Position numbers and translations under genes: made by a program. From Candidatus Dormiibacterota bacterium (GTDB taxonomy: Bacteria; Chloroflexota; Dormibacteria; DASZGP01), in the NCBI GenBank assembly GCA_049644325.1, contig JBARRR010000103.1:1-62625 (forward strand): a DNA stretch of 62,625 bases, in the 5' to 3' direction. Every line of letters starts with the position of its first letter. Position 1 is the stretch's first letter. Of this stretch, positions 53,912 to 62,435 are shown piece after piece. The notes beneath the pieces were generated by a model. That model was not told the origin of the DNA. It saw only the letters and a list, made by a program, of their open reading frames with translations, and ran no database searches.

Positions 53912-54955
53912 ATGGCTAACGGACCCGCCTTCAAGTACGGAGACCAGGTCTTCCCGCTCAACAAGGTGACCAACACGATCGGCCGCAAGGACCGGATCAC
54001 CAACATGGTGCCGGACGTCGACCTGGCGACCGTCGACGACGAGCGCGCGGTGTCCCGCAAACACGCAGAGGCCACCTACCAGTCGGGCAAGATCCTGCTG
54101 CGTGATGTCGGCTCGACCAACGGCACCACCATCAATGGCCAGGCGCTCCAGCTCCAAGTCGAAGGCGAGCTGGCGGACGGCGACCAGGTCTCGCTCGGCG
54201 GCTTTGAGGTCGTCTACGCAGCGTCGGCGGAATGGCCTGCCGGCGTGGAGGCGCAGTGGCCGGCGGAGCAGCCGGTGGACCTCGAGACCCAGGTGTACCA
54301 CCCCGAGGAGACAGCCGTGATGCGGCCCGACGAGACCGCGGTGTTCGCGCAAGGCGCCCTGGATCAGCCGGCGGAAGCAGCCCCCGCGGAGAGCGAGCTG
54401 GCCGGGGCAGCGGATGTCTACACGCCCGCGCCGGAGGCTGAGGCGCCCGCCGAAGAGGGTGCCGCCGAGCCCACGCCCGCGGCCGAGGCCGAACCCGAGG
54501 CTGCTGCAGCCGAGGCAGCGCCGGCGGTCGAGGAGGCAGCACCGGTGGCGAAGACGCCGGCGGTCGAGGCGGCCCCCGCGCCCGAAGAGGCCCCGGTGGC
54601 CGCGGCGTCGGCAGAGGAGTCGATCACCTTCGTCCCCTGCACCAACCACCCGCACCTGCCAGCGGTCGGGCTCTGCCCTGGCTGCCTCGACCCCTTCTGC
54701 ATCGATTGCCTGCCCGAGCGCCCGGAGCAGCCGCTGGCGTGCAACCGCTGCGCCGGGATCCTGATGCGACTGGCGGCGGCCACAGGAGGGACGCCGTGGG
54801 CGGCCGTGGCGGCGGCGCCGGTGGCGACTGCGCCAGAGGCCGCCGGCTTCCCACCCCCGTCCGCGGGCGTGGCGCGCAACTACAACCCGGAGCCCCCGGC
54901 GCAGCCGACGACCCCGGCGCCCCCGGAGGAGAAAAAGAAGAAGTGGCCCTTCTGA
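53912..54955 (+). CDS. FHA domain protein with an Ala/Glu/Pro-rich linker and a B-box-like Cys/His zinc module
   Basis: FHA core TIGRKDRI...VSRKHAEATYQSGKILLRDVGSTNGTTING. C-terminal CTNHPHLPAVGLCPGCLDPFCIDCLPERPEQPLACNRC, i.e. C-x2-H-x7-C-x2-C-x4-C-x2-C-x10-C-x2-C. Confidence 0.85.
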   Translation: MANGPAFKYGDQVFPLNKVTNTIGRKDRITNMVPDVDLATVDDERAVSRKHAEATYQSGKILLRDVGSTNGTTINGQALQLQVEGELADGDQVSLGGFEVVYAASAEWPAGVEAQWPAEQPVDLETQVYHPEETAVMRPDETAVFAQGALDQPAEAAPAESELAGAADVYTPAPEAEAPAEEGAAEPTPAAEAEPEAAAAEAAPAVEEAAPVAKTPAVEAAPAPEEAPVAAASAEESITFVPCTNHPHLPAVGLCPGCLDPFCIDCLPERPEQPLACNRCAGILMRLAAATGGTPWAAVAAAPVATAPEAAGFPPPSAGVARNYNPEPPAQPTTPAPPEEKKKKWPF

Positions 54956-54986
54956 GGACCGCCTCCTAGAAACCGCCGGCCGGCCG

Positions 54987-56405
54987 TCAGCAGGCGGCCT
55001 TGGTCTTGGACTTCGCCCGCTTCTTATGGGCGGTGGGCTGCTTGGCCTGCTTCTGCACCACGGTGTCGAGGAAGTCGACGGTGCGGTGGATGTCCTGCAC
55101 CAAAAGCTCGGCCATGTCGCGGCTGAGCCCCTCGCGGACGACCACCCGCAGCACCGCGATGTGCTCGGCGTCGGGGGCGAGCGTGTAGGCGGGTACGATC
55201 CAGCCCCGCTCGCGCAGGTGGTCGGCGACATCGAAGACGGAGTAGTGGCGCTCCCGCTTGAGTTTGAAGCAAACCAGCGGCAGCCCCTTGTCGTCACTGA
55301 GCAGGTCGAAGTGGCCGGTGTCCTCGATCTGAGCGGCGATGTACCGGGCCGTGTCCTGGAGGTTGAGCATGATGTCGCGGTAGCCCTGCCGCCCCAGCCG
55401 CAGGAAGTTGTAGTACTGGGCAATGATCTGGCTGGCACCGCGCGAGAAGTTCAGGTTGAATGTGGGCTGGTCGCCGCCGAGGTAGTTGACGTGGAAGATC
55501 AGCTCCTCGGGCAGCTCCGCCTCGTCGCGCCAGATGATCCAGCCGACGCCGGGGTAGACGAGGCCGTATTTGTGCCCCGAGACGTTGATCGAGCGCACCA
55601 GCGGGAGCCGGAAGTCCCACTCCACCTCGGGCTGCACAAAGGGCGCCACGAACCCGCCGCTGGCGGCGTCAACGTGGAGCGGGACGTCCCACCCCGTCCT
55701 CTCGTTCAGCTCCAGCAGCGCGTCGTTGAGCTCCTTGATGGGCTCGTATTGGCCGTTGTACGTGCTGCCCAGGATGCCGACCACAGCAATGGTGTCCTCG
55801 TCTACCACGGCCATCGCCTCGTCGACCCCGATGACGTACCGCGTCTTGGTCAGGGGTACATAGCGCGGCTCGACGTCGAAGTAGCGGGCGAATTTCTCCC
55901 AGCAGACCTGGACGTTGGCGCCCATCACGATGTTGGGCTTGTCGAATGCCTTCTTCTGCTTCTGGCGCTTTTTCTTCCAGTTCCACTTCAACGCCAGGCC
56001 CGCCAGGTGGATGGCTTCGGATGACCCAACGGTGGCGGTGCCCGTCGGGGTGTGGTGCGCCGGGGAGTTGTACAAGCGGGCCAGCATGTTGACGCATCGG
56101 TTCTGGATCTCGGTCGACTGCGGGTACTCATCGGCGTCGATGTAGTTCTTGCTCATGGTCTCGACCACCAGCTTGTCGGCCTCGGGCTCCATCCAGGTGG
56201 TCACGAAGGTGGCCAGGTTCATCGAGGGGTTGCCGTCCAGGTTCATCTCGTCATGGATGATCTGGTAGACGATGTTGGACGGCATCTGCTCTTCCGGCAT
56301 CTCGTACTTCGGCACCGGCGCCGAGATGAAGCGGCTTCCATAAGAGGACGCCAAGAGCTGCTTCCAGCGGTCGAGGTCCTCGGTGCTGACCTTCTTTGAG
56401 AGCAT
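54987..56405 (-). CDS. gad: Glutamate decarboxylase (PLP-dependent)
   Basis: NLATFVTTWMEPEADKL and PLP-Lys motif SGHKYGLVYPGVGW. I trimmed the start to the ATG at 56405 (MLSKKVSTEDL). Confidence 0.92.
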   Translation of the reverse strand: MLSKKVSTEDLDRWKQLLASSYGSRFISAPVPKYEMPEEQMPSNIVYQIIHDEMNLDGNPSMNLATFVTTWMEPEADKLVVETMSKNYIDADEYPQSTEIQNRCVNMLARLYNSPAHHTPTGTATVGSSEAIHLAGLALKWNWKKKRQKQKKAFDKPNIVMGANVQVCWEKFARYFDVEPRYVPLTKTRYVIGVDEAMAVVDEDTIAVVGILGSTYNGQYEPIKELNDALLELNERTGWDVPLHVDAASGGFVAPFVQPEVEWDFRLPLVRSINVSGHKYGLVYPGVGWIIWRDEAELPEELIFHVNYLGGDQPTFNLNFSRGASQIIAQYYNFLRLGRQGYRDIMLNLQDTARYIAAQIEDTGHFDLLSDDKGLPLVCFKLKRERHYSVFDVADHLRERGWIVPAYTLAPDAEHIAVLRVVVREGLSRDMAELLVQDIHRTVDFLDTVVQKQAKQPTAHKKRAKSKTKAAC

Positions 56406-56469
56406 GTATCTCCTCCTCTGCCTCTGGCGTCGTGGCTGCCGCGCGGGCGATGATGCCCGCGATGCTACA

Positions 56470-58035
56470 GTGTCCGCCGTGACGGGTGGCGTTGACATCC
56501 TGGCGCTGCATGCGCTGGGCAATCCTGACAAGCCGGTCCTGATTAACCAGGACGGGGTTGTCACCACATACGGCGAGTTCAACGCCCGCGTCAACCGGTG
56601 TGCCAGCGCCCTGCTGGGGCTGGGCCTTAAGCCCGGCGAGACCTGCCTCCACATCCACTACAACCGGCCGGAGGCGTTCGAGCTGGCCCACGCTCTGCGC
56701 AAGATCCGGGCGATCACCACGCCCATGAACTACCGGCTCCGCGGGGGCGAGGTGGCCTACATCCTCAACGACAGTGGAGCCCGCGCAATTGTCGCCGGCG
56801 AGGAGTTCATCCCCCTGATCAATGAGGCTCGCGCGGAGGTCGGCGACGCAGGCGACCGTCTCTGGATCGCGTTCGGCGACGAGGCCCCTGCGGGGTGGCT
56901 GTCATACGAGGAGATCCTCAGGGGCGGCACCGAGGCGGAGCCCGACACGCCCTCGGAGATCACCGGTCCGAGCATGATCTACACCGCTGGCACCACCGGC
57001 AACCCCAAGGGCGCGCTGCGCAAGGACGGCGCCGACCCCGCGGTCGTGATGCAATGGATCCAGTGGTTCAGCCTTGGCCCCAGCGACGTCCACCTTCTCG
57101 CCGGCCCCGGCTACCACAGTGCGCCGGCGGCGTTCGCCGGGGTCCACACCATCGTTGGCGCGAGCGTGGTGGTGGAGAAGACGTTCGACCCGGAGCTGTC
57201 GCTCCGGCTCATTGAGCAGCACCGGGTCACCACCACCTTCATGGCTCCCATCCTGGTCAAGCGCATTCTCGATCTGCCCGCCCAAACTCGGGCCCGGTAC
57301 GACGTGTCCTCCCTGCGGGCCCTGATCGTGGCTGCCGCGCCATTCCCCGGCGACCTCAAATGCCGTGCAGTGGAGTACTTCGGGGACCACGTCTACGAGT
57401 TCTACGGCGCCACCGAGTCGGGCCTGGTCACGGTGATGACGCCGGAGGACCTGCTGCGCAAGCCGGAGTCGTGTGGCCGGGTGGTGGACGGCGCCGAGGT
57501 GCTCTTCCTCGACGACGAGGGCAACGAGGTCGAGCCGGGAGAGCCCGGCGAGCTGTGGGCACGATCGGCGGCGATCTTCGGCGAGTACCTCAACAAGCCC
57601 GACGCCACCAGCAAGAGCAAGCGCGACGGCTTCTTCACCGCCGGCGACATCGCCTATCAGGACGACGAGGGCTTCGTCTACATCTGCGACCGCAAGATCG
57701 ACATGATCATCAGTGGCGGCGTCAACATCTACCCCGCCGAGGTCGAGTCGGTGCTCCACGGCCACCCCGCGGTCGAGGATTGCGCCGTGATCGGTGTTCC
57801 TGACATGGAGTGGGGCGAGTCGGTAAAGGCGGTGGTCAAGCTGCGCGATGTCGCGGCCGGCGGCACCGATACCACCGCCGACCAGCTGATCGCTTTCGTC
57901 CGTGACCGGGTGGCGAGCTACAAGGTGCCACGCTCGGTGGACTTCGTCGACGACTTCCCCCGTGATCCAGCCGGCAAGCTGCTCAAGCGCCTGATTCGCG
58001 ACCGCTACTGGGAGGCCTCCGGCACCCGCATCTAG
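56470..58035 (+). CDS. AMP-dependent acyl-CoA synthetase/ligase
   Basis: AMP-binding motif YTAGTTGNPKGA, plus FFTAGDIAYQDDEGFVYICDRKIDMIISGGVNIYP. The GTG start at 56470 is my choice and is uncertain. Confidence 0.88.
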   Translation: MSAVTGGVDILALHALGNPDKPVLINQDGVVTTYGEFNARVNRCASALLGLGLKPGETCLHIHYNRPEAFELAHALRKIRAITTPMNYRLRGGEVAYILNDSGARAIVAGEEFIPLINEARAEVGDAGDRLWIAFGDEAPAGWLSYEEILRGGTEAEPDTPSEITGPSMIYTAGTTGNPKGALRKDGADPAVVMQWIQWFSLGPSDVHLLAGPGYHSAPAAFAGVHTIVGASVVVEKTFDPELSLRLIEQHRVTTTFMAPILVKRILDLPAQTRARYDVSSLRALIVAAAPFPGDLKCRAVEYFGDHVYEFYGATESGLVTVMTPEDLLRKPESCGRVVDGAEVLFLDDEGNEVEPGEPGELWARSAAIFGEYLNKPDATSKSKRDGFFTAGDIAYQDDEGFVYICDRKIDMIISGGVNIYPAEVESVLHGHPAVEDCAVIGVPDMEWGESVKAVVKLRDVAAGGTDTTADQLIAFVRDRVASYKVPRSVDFVDDFPRDPAGKLLKRLIRDRYWEASGTRI

Positions 58036-58048
58036 AATCGGGATCGCG

Positions 58049-58810
58049 ATGGGCGAGCTTGACGGAACGGTAGCCCTGGTGACCGGCGCTTCCAGCGGGA
58101 TCGGAGAGGCGACGGCCAGGTCCCTGGCCGAGCATGGCGCAGCGGTGGCGATCGCCGCCCGCCGGCGTAACCGCCTCGATGCCCTTGCCGCTGAGATCGA
58201 AAAGGCCGGCGGCAAGGTCCTCATCCTGGAGGCCGACGTTGGTGACCGCGACCAGGCGCAGGGCGTGGTCGAGCGGGCGGCTGCCGAGCTCGGCCGGCTC
58301 GACACGCTGGTCAACAACGCCGGCGTGATGCTGCTGGGCCAGGCGGTGGGCGCCCCCATCGAGGAGTGGGAGGAGGTGGTGCGAGTCAACCTGATGGGCC
58401 TGATGTACTGCGCCCATGCCGCCCTCCCCCACCTCCTCAGCGCCGCGGAGTCGTCGCCCCGCAAGGTTGCGGACATGGTCAACATCGCCTCCACGGCGGG
58501 ACGCGTCGCGCGAGTCGGCAGCGGCGCCTACAACGCGACCAAGTTCGGGGTCGTCGCGTTCAGCGAGTCGCTACGCCAGGAGGTGACCCAGCGGCATGTT
58601 CGGGTCTCCGCGGTTGAGCCCGGCGCGGTCGACACCGAGCTCCCCCTCCACAACCGGCCCGAGGTGCAGGAAGCCATCGGCCGGCGCTTCGGCGAAATCG
58701 TGAGGCTCCGTTCCGAGGACATCGCCGACGTCATCAGCTACATCGTCACCCGGCCCCCGCACGTCGCCATCAATGAGATCTTGGTCCGGCCCACCGAGCA
58801 GCGGGATTAG
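58049..58810 (+). CDS. SDR-family short-chain oxidoreductase
   Basis: TGASSGIG cofactor motif and YNATK catalytic motif. Confidence 0.9.
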   Translation: MGELDGTVALVTGASSGIGEATARSLAEHGAAVAIAARRRNRLDALAAEIEKAGGKVLILEADVGDRDQAQGVVERAAAELGRLDTLVNNAGVMLLGQAVGAPIEEWEEVVRVNLMGLMYCAHAALPHLLSAAESSPRKVADMVNIASTAGRVARVGSGAYNATKFGVVAFSESLRQEVTQRHVRVSAVEPGAVDTELPLHNRPEVQEAIGRRFGEIVRLRSEDIADVISYIVTRPPHVAINEILVRPTEQRD

Positions 58811-58812
58811 TC

Positions 58813-59517
58813 ATGCGGCCGCCCGCGGTTGGAAAGCGCCCGGAGCTGGAGGTGCTGGGCGTGCCGGAGACGACCCTGAGGGCCGACCAGCTGCGGACGC
58901 TTCCCCGCGATGTCCCTCCGGGACCATGGGATGTCGAGGGCAGCGCCATGGTCTGGGTCTGTCGCCCCCGGCCGGCGCTGCTCGATGTCCTGCCGCCGTC
59001 TCTCCGCGACCTGCGGCCGCTGGTGGTGGTGGGCTGCATGGTGCACTACGACCGGACCCCGGTGGGACCGTATGACGAGGTGGCCGCCGTTGCCATCCTG
59101 CGTGACGGCCGACGCCGGGTCGCGCACGTGCCGTTCATCGCCGTCGACTCGGCGGCCAGCCTGGTTGGCGGGCGCGTCAACTGGTCGCTGCCCAAGACCA
59201 TGGCAGCTTTCGACGGCCGCCCCGGCGCCGGCAAGGCGATGATGGCCAGCGGTCCAGGCTGGTCGGTCCGGGCCACGGCGCGGGCGATCGGGCCATCCCT
59301 GCCGTTCCGCTCCGGAACCCGCCTGCGCCAGGAGGCGCCGTCGGGCGAGGCTGGCGAGACGCTGGCGCGGTTCCGCGGGCGCGGCCGCGTCGGACGCATC
59401 CGGGTCGAGGTCGGCGGATCAGACAACCTGCGCGGCTGGCTGCCCTCGGGGACCTTCCCGGGGTTTATCGCCCAACGGTCTCGGGGAACCTTCCCGGTAC
59501 CAACCCGGCCCAGCTGA
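58813..59517 (+). CDS. Acetoacetate decarboxylase (ADC)-like family protein
   Basis: The pattern HYDRTPVGPYDEVAAVA...IAVDSAASLVGGRVNWSLPK resembles the ADC-family core (Y.dSPvGpY.E....V.s..s...GRe.wG.PK). Confidence 0.65.
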   Translation: MRPPAVGKRPELEVLGVPETTLRADQLRTLPRDVPPGPWDVEGSAMVWVCRPRPALLDVLPPSLRDLRPLVVVGCMVHYDRTPVGPYDEVAAVAILRDGRRRVAHVPFIAVDSAASLVGGRVNWSLPKTMAAFDGRPGAGKAMMASGPGWSVRATARAIGPSLPFRSGTRLRQEAPSGEAGETLARFRGRGRVGRIRVEVGGSDNLRGWLPSGTFPGFIAQRSRGTFPVPTRPS

Positions 59518-59552
59518 CCTTGCTGCAGCCCGAAAAAAGGAGGAATTGAAGC

Positions 59553-59879
59553 ATGGGAACCGAGCAGTACCACGAGCCGCCAGGCGAGCTGTCGCCGGAG
59601 GTCCGTACCTTCGCCCGCGTGATCGCCTCGCTCCAGGAGGAGGCCGAGGCCATCGGCTGGTACCAGCAGCGGATCTCGATCGAGCCGGAGTCTGAGGCCC
59701 GGGCGATCATGCGGAACGCCCAGCAGGAGGAGTTCAAGCACTTCGCCATGGCCCTGGAGTACCTCGTCCGGCGCAAGCCGAAATGGCGGGTCGCGCTCCA
59801 GGATGTCCTCTTCAAGGAAGGCGACATCGTCGAGCACGGCGAGCAGGCCGAGGAGGACGAGGAGAAGGTCCCCGACTGA
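59553..59879 (+). CDS. Encapsulated-ferritin-like (EncFtn family) ferritin-like protein
   Basis: Strong RBS AAGGAGG. HEP...SLQEEAEAIGWYQQRI...NAQQEEFKHFAMALEYLVRRKPKW...LFKEGDI matches my recollection of EncFtn (HEP...EELEAVDWYDQR...EEKEHAAMTLEWLRR...W...LFTEGPI), including the Glu/Glu/His iron ligand positions. Confidence 0.75.
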   Translation: MGTEQYHEPPGELSPEVRTFARVIASLQEEAEAIGWYQQRISIEPESEARAIMRNAQQEEFKHFAMALEYLVRRKPKWRVALQDVLFKEGDIVEHGEQAEEDEEKVPD

Positions 59880-59896
59880 GCCGCGAGCACGGCCCA

Positions 59897-59917
59897 GAGG
59901 GGCTGACGAGCCCCCTC
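59897..59917 (+). terminator. GC hairpin after the EncFtn-like gene; candidate terminator
   Basis: GAGGGGCT-gacg-AGCCCC(C)TC, an 8-bp stem with one bulged C and no U-tract. Confidence 0.4.
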
Positions 59918-60047
59918 ACTGCTATCCTTGACGGCAACACGTCCACTTTGGACTGACCTATACGTCTCCAACGTTCCTTGAGCCCGGCGCCGCCGGTGTC
60001 CGTTGCAGCCGATCGACCTCTCAAACTCAAGGACCTTGGAGAAGTGA

Positions 60048-61256
60048 ATGACTGATAGTTTCGCGTCGCTCGGATTGAGCGCGCCCACCCTGGACGGCCT
60101 GCGCCGGATGGGCATCGATACCCCCACCCCAGTGCAGGCCCAGAGCATCCCCCCGCAGCTCGAAGGCAGCGACATCCTGATGCAGGCGCCGACCGGCAGT
60201 GGCAAGACGGCCGCCTTCGTCATCCCCCTGGTGGAGCTGTGCGAAGAGCTGGCCGACAACACCCGCACCGTCGGCCTGGTGCTATGCCCCACCCGCGAGC
60301 TCGCCACCCAGGGCGCCGACGTCGCCGACAAGCTGCTGGAGCCGCATGGCTACCGTTCCGCCTGCCTCATCGGCGGGGTCGGCTACGACAGCCAGAGGAT
60401 GCAGCTGAAGCAGCACCCGCAGATCGTCTTCGGTTCCCCCGGCCGCGTCCTCGACCACATCTGGGAGGGCCGGCTCGACGTCTCCCGCCTCGCCGTGGTG
60501 GTGATCGACGAGGCCGACGAGCTGCTCGACCAGGGCTTCGCCCCCGAGGTGCTGAAGATCCTTTCGCTGCTGCCCTCTAAGCGGCAGACGGTGCTGGTCT
60601 CGGCCACCCTTCCAGGCTGGGTCCAGGAGATCGTCCACAGCGAGCTGCACCACCCCGCCCGGATCCACGTCGAGTTCGACCGCAAGGTTGAGGGCACCAT
60701 CGAGCACACCCTCTACGAAACCACCATGAAACGCCGCTTTGACGACCTCTGCCACCTGCTGGACAGCGAGGGCGACGGCTCGGCGCTCGTCTTCGGCCGC
60801 ACCAAGCACGGGGTCCAGAAGCTCTACTCCCAGCTGCGCAAGGCCGGCTACAAGGCGGAGGCCATCGAGGGCAACATGCGCCAGGGCCAGCGAGACCGGG
60901 CGATGGACAGCTTCCGCGACGGCCACGCCCCCATCCTGGTGGCAACCAACGTCGCCGCCCGCGGTATTGACGTCCGCCACATCGGCCTGGTCATCAACTA
61001 CGAGCTGCCGGAGACAGCCGACCTCCTCACCCACCGCATCGGCCGCACCGGGCGGATGGGCTCTGACGGCGTCGCCGTCACGCTCCTGACGCCGGAGGAG
61101 GAGCCCAAGTGGCAGCGCCTGCGCCGCGGCGGGGCGCCCGACCTGCCCCGCACTCGCACCTGGACCGCCGAGGAGCGCGCCCACGCTGAATCCCCAGCGC
61201 GGGCTCGCGGTCCACAGGGCCGCCGGCCACGCTGGCAGGGGCGGCAGGCCGTCTAG
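60048..61256 (+). CDS. DEAD-box ATP-dependent RNA helicase
   Basis: Q-motif region PTPVQAQ, with APTGSGKT, DEAD, SAT and HRIGRTGR. Confidence 0.92.
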   Translation: MTDSFASLGLSAPTLDGLRRMGIDTPTPVQAQSIPPQLEGSDILMQAPTGSGKTAAFVIPLVELCEELADNTRTVGLVLCPTRELATQGADVADKLLEPHGYRSACLIGGVGYDSQRMQLKQHPQIVFGSPGRVLDHIWEGRLDVSRLAVVVIDEADELLDQGFAPEVLKILSLLPSKRQTVLVSATLPGWVQEIVHSELHHPARIHVEFDRKVEGTIEHTLYETTMKRRFDDLCHLLDSEGDGSALVFGRTKHGVQKLYSQLRKAGYKAEAIEGNMRQGQRDRAMDSFRDGHAPILVATNVAARGIDVRHIGLVINYELPETADLLTHRIGRTGRMGSDGVAVTLLTPEEEPKWQRLRRGGAPDLPRTRTWTAEERAHAESPARARGPQGRRPRWQGRQAV

Positions 61257-62311
61257 CCCAGCTCCACCACGCGCCCGTCTCGGGCGCTGTCGCGTGCGGC
61301 GTCGATGGCCTCGACTACGGCGACCGCGCTGTCCGGATCGACCGGCGGCGGGCTCCCCGCTCGAAGAGCCTCAGCCATCAGCTGATAAAAGCGCGGCCAG
61401 TCGCCGCGCTCGGTCTCGACCCGCTGCTCGCCGTCGGTGGTGACCAAACGGCCCCAGAGCTCGGGCGGGTCCTCGCCCCAAGCAGGGTCGCCGGGCCGCA
61501 TTCCCGCGCGGAGGGCGTCCTCCTGGATGTCAAGACCGTGCTTTTCATAGCCGCCGGCCACCCCCAGGAGCTGGACCCGGGGCCCGGGCACGGCGGCGAC
61601 GGAGCTGGCCCAGAGGTGTGAGATCACGCCGCTGGTGTGCTCCAGGGCGATGAAGGCGTCGTCGTCGACGATCGCCCCAGGCCGGACCGCGCGAACCTCA
61701 CCGTACAGCCGGCTCGCCGGGCCGAAGAGGTGAAGCGCCTGGTCGATGACGTGGCTGCCGAGGTCGAGGAGGACGCCGCCGCCCTCGGCTGCCGAGACCT
61801 GCTCCCGCCAGGCATCGTCGCGGACCTCGGCGCGAAAGCGCTCGAACCGGGACTCGAAGCGGACGGCTTCGCCAGTCGCGCCTTCCCGCAGGAGGCGCTG
61901 CAGGGTGAGGGTGTCGCCGTCCCAGCGACGATTGTGGAAGACCGTCAGCAGCAGGCCGCGGCTGGCGGCTGCGGCAGCCAGCCGGCGAGCATCCGCCGCC
62001 CGGGCCGCCAGCGGCTTGTCGACAACCAGCGGCAGCCCCGCCTCCAGCGCCGCCAGTCCAACCGCGAGGTGGGTGCCTGTGGGAGAAGCGATGACCACCA
62101 GGTCATGGTCGGAGGCGTGGCGCCAGAGGTCGTCGACCGTCGGCAGCACCTCGACGCCGGGGATGTCCTGGCGAGCGCGCGCGGCGCGCTCGGGGTTGGC
62201 GCTGACCACGGTGGCCACCAGCATGCCCGGCGTGGCGGCGACCAGCGGGGCGTGAAAGACGGCGCCGCTGAGCCCGTAGCCCACGATTGCGACCCTCAGC
62301 TGCGCTTCCAC
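61253..62311 (-). CDS. Gfo/Idh/MocA family oxidoreductase
   Basis: N-terminal Rossmann motif LRVAIVGYGLSG. Typical length and C-terminal alpha/beta domain. GTG start. Confidence 0.85.
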   Translation of the reverse strand: MEAQLRVAIVGYGLSGAVFHAPLVAATPGMLVATVVSANPERAARARQDIPGVEVLPTVDDLWRHASDHDLVVIASPTGTHLAVGLAALEAGLPLVVDKPLAARAADARRLAAAAASRGLLLTVFHNRRWDGDTLTLQRLLREGATGEAVRFESRFERFRAEVRDDAWREQVSAAEGGGVLLDLGSHVIDQALHLFGPASRLYGEVRAVRPGAIVDDDAFIALEHTSGVISHLWASSVAAVPGPRVQLLGVAGGYEKHGLDIQEDALRAGMRPGDPAWGEDPPELWGRLVTTDGEQRVETERGDWPRFYQLMAEALRAGSPPPVDPDSAVAVVEAIDAARDSARDGRVVELG

Positions 62312-62435
62312 TTCAGCATGGTAGCCGGGAGCTGCCGCCTCCGCGCTTGACCTAGAGGGCGCTTACAGAAGATAGTGATCACACCGTTGGAGGGCGGGGC
62401 ACCAGATAGGCCACTTTGAGGAGGTCCCAGTTTTG

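Noticed and set aside
53897-55438. 513-aa minus-strand ORF
   Set aside because: It is antisense to the FHA gene and overlaps the 3' part of gad in another frame. It is Arg/Gly-rich junk (RRRLRHRCCLLDRRR...).
58813-61256. Search for an encapsulin shell gene flanking the EncFtn-like gene
   Set aside because: The upstream neighbour has ADC-family motifs and the downstream neighbour is a DEAD-box helicase. The overlapping minus-strand ORFs (59046..59837 and 59465..60331) are low-complexity shadows. No HK97-like shell candidate is present.
62347-62382. Possible promoter TTGACC-N18-GATAGT and palindrome GTGATCAC upstream of the sugar-binding protein gene
   Set aside because: It is plausible, but it rests on a single weak hexamer match with non-optimal spacing, so I did not list it as a feature.
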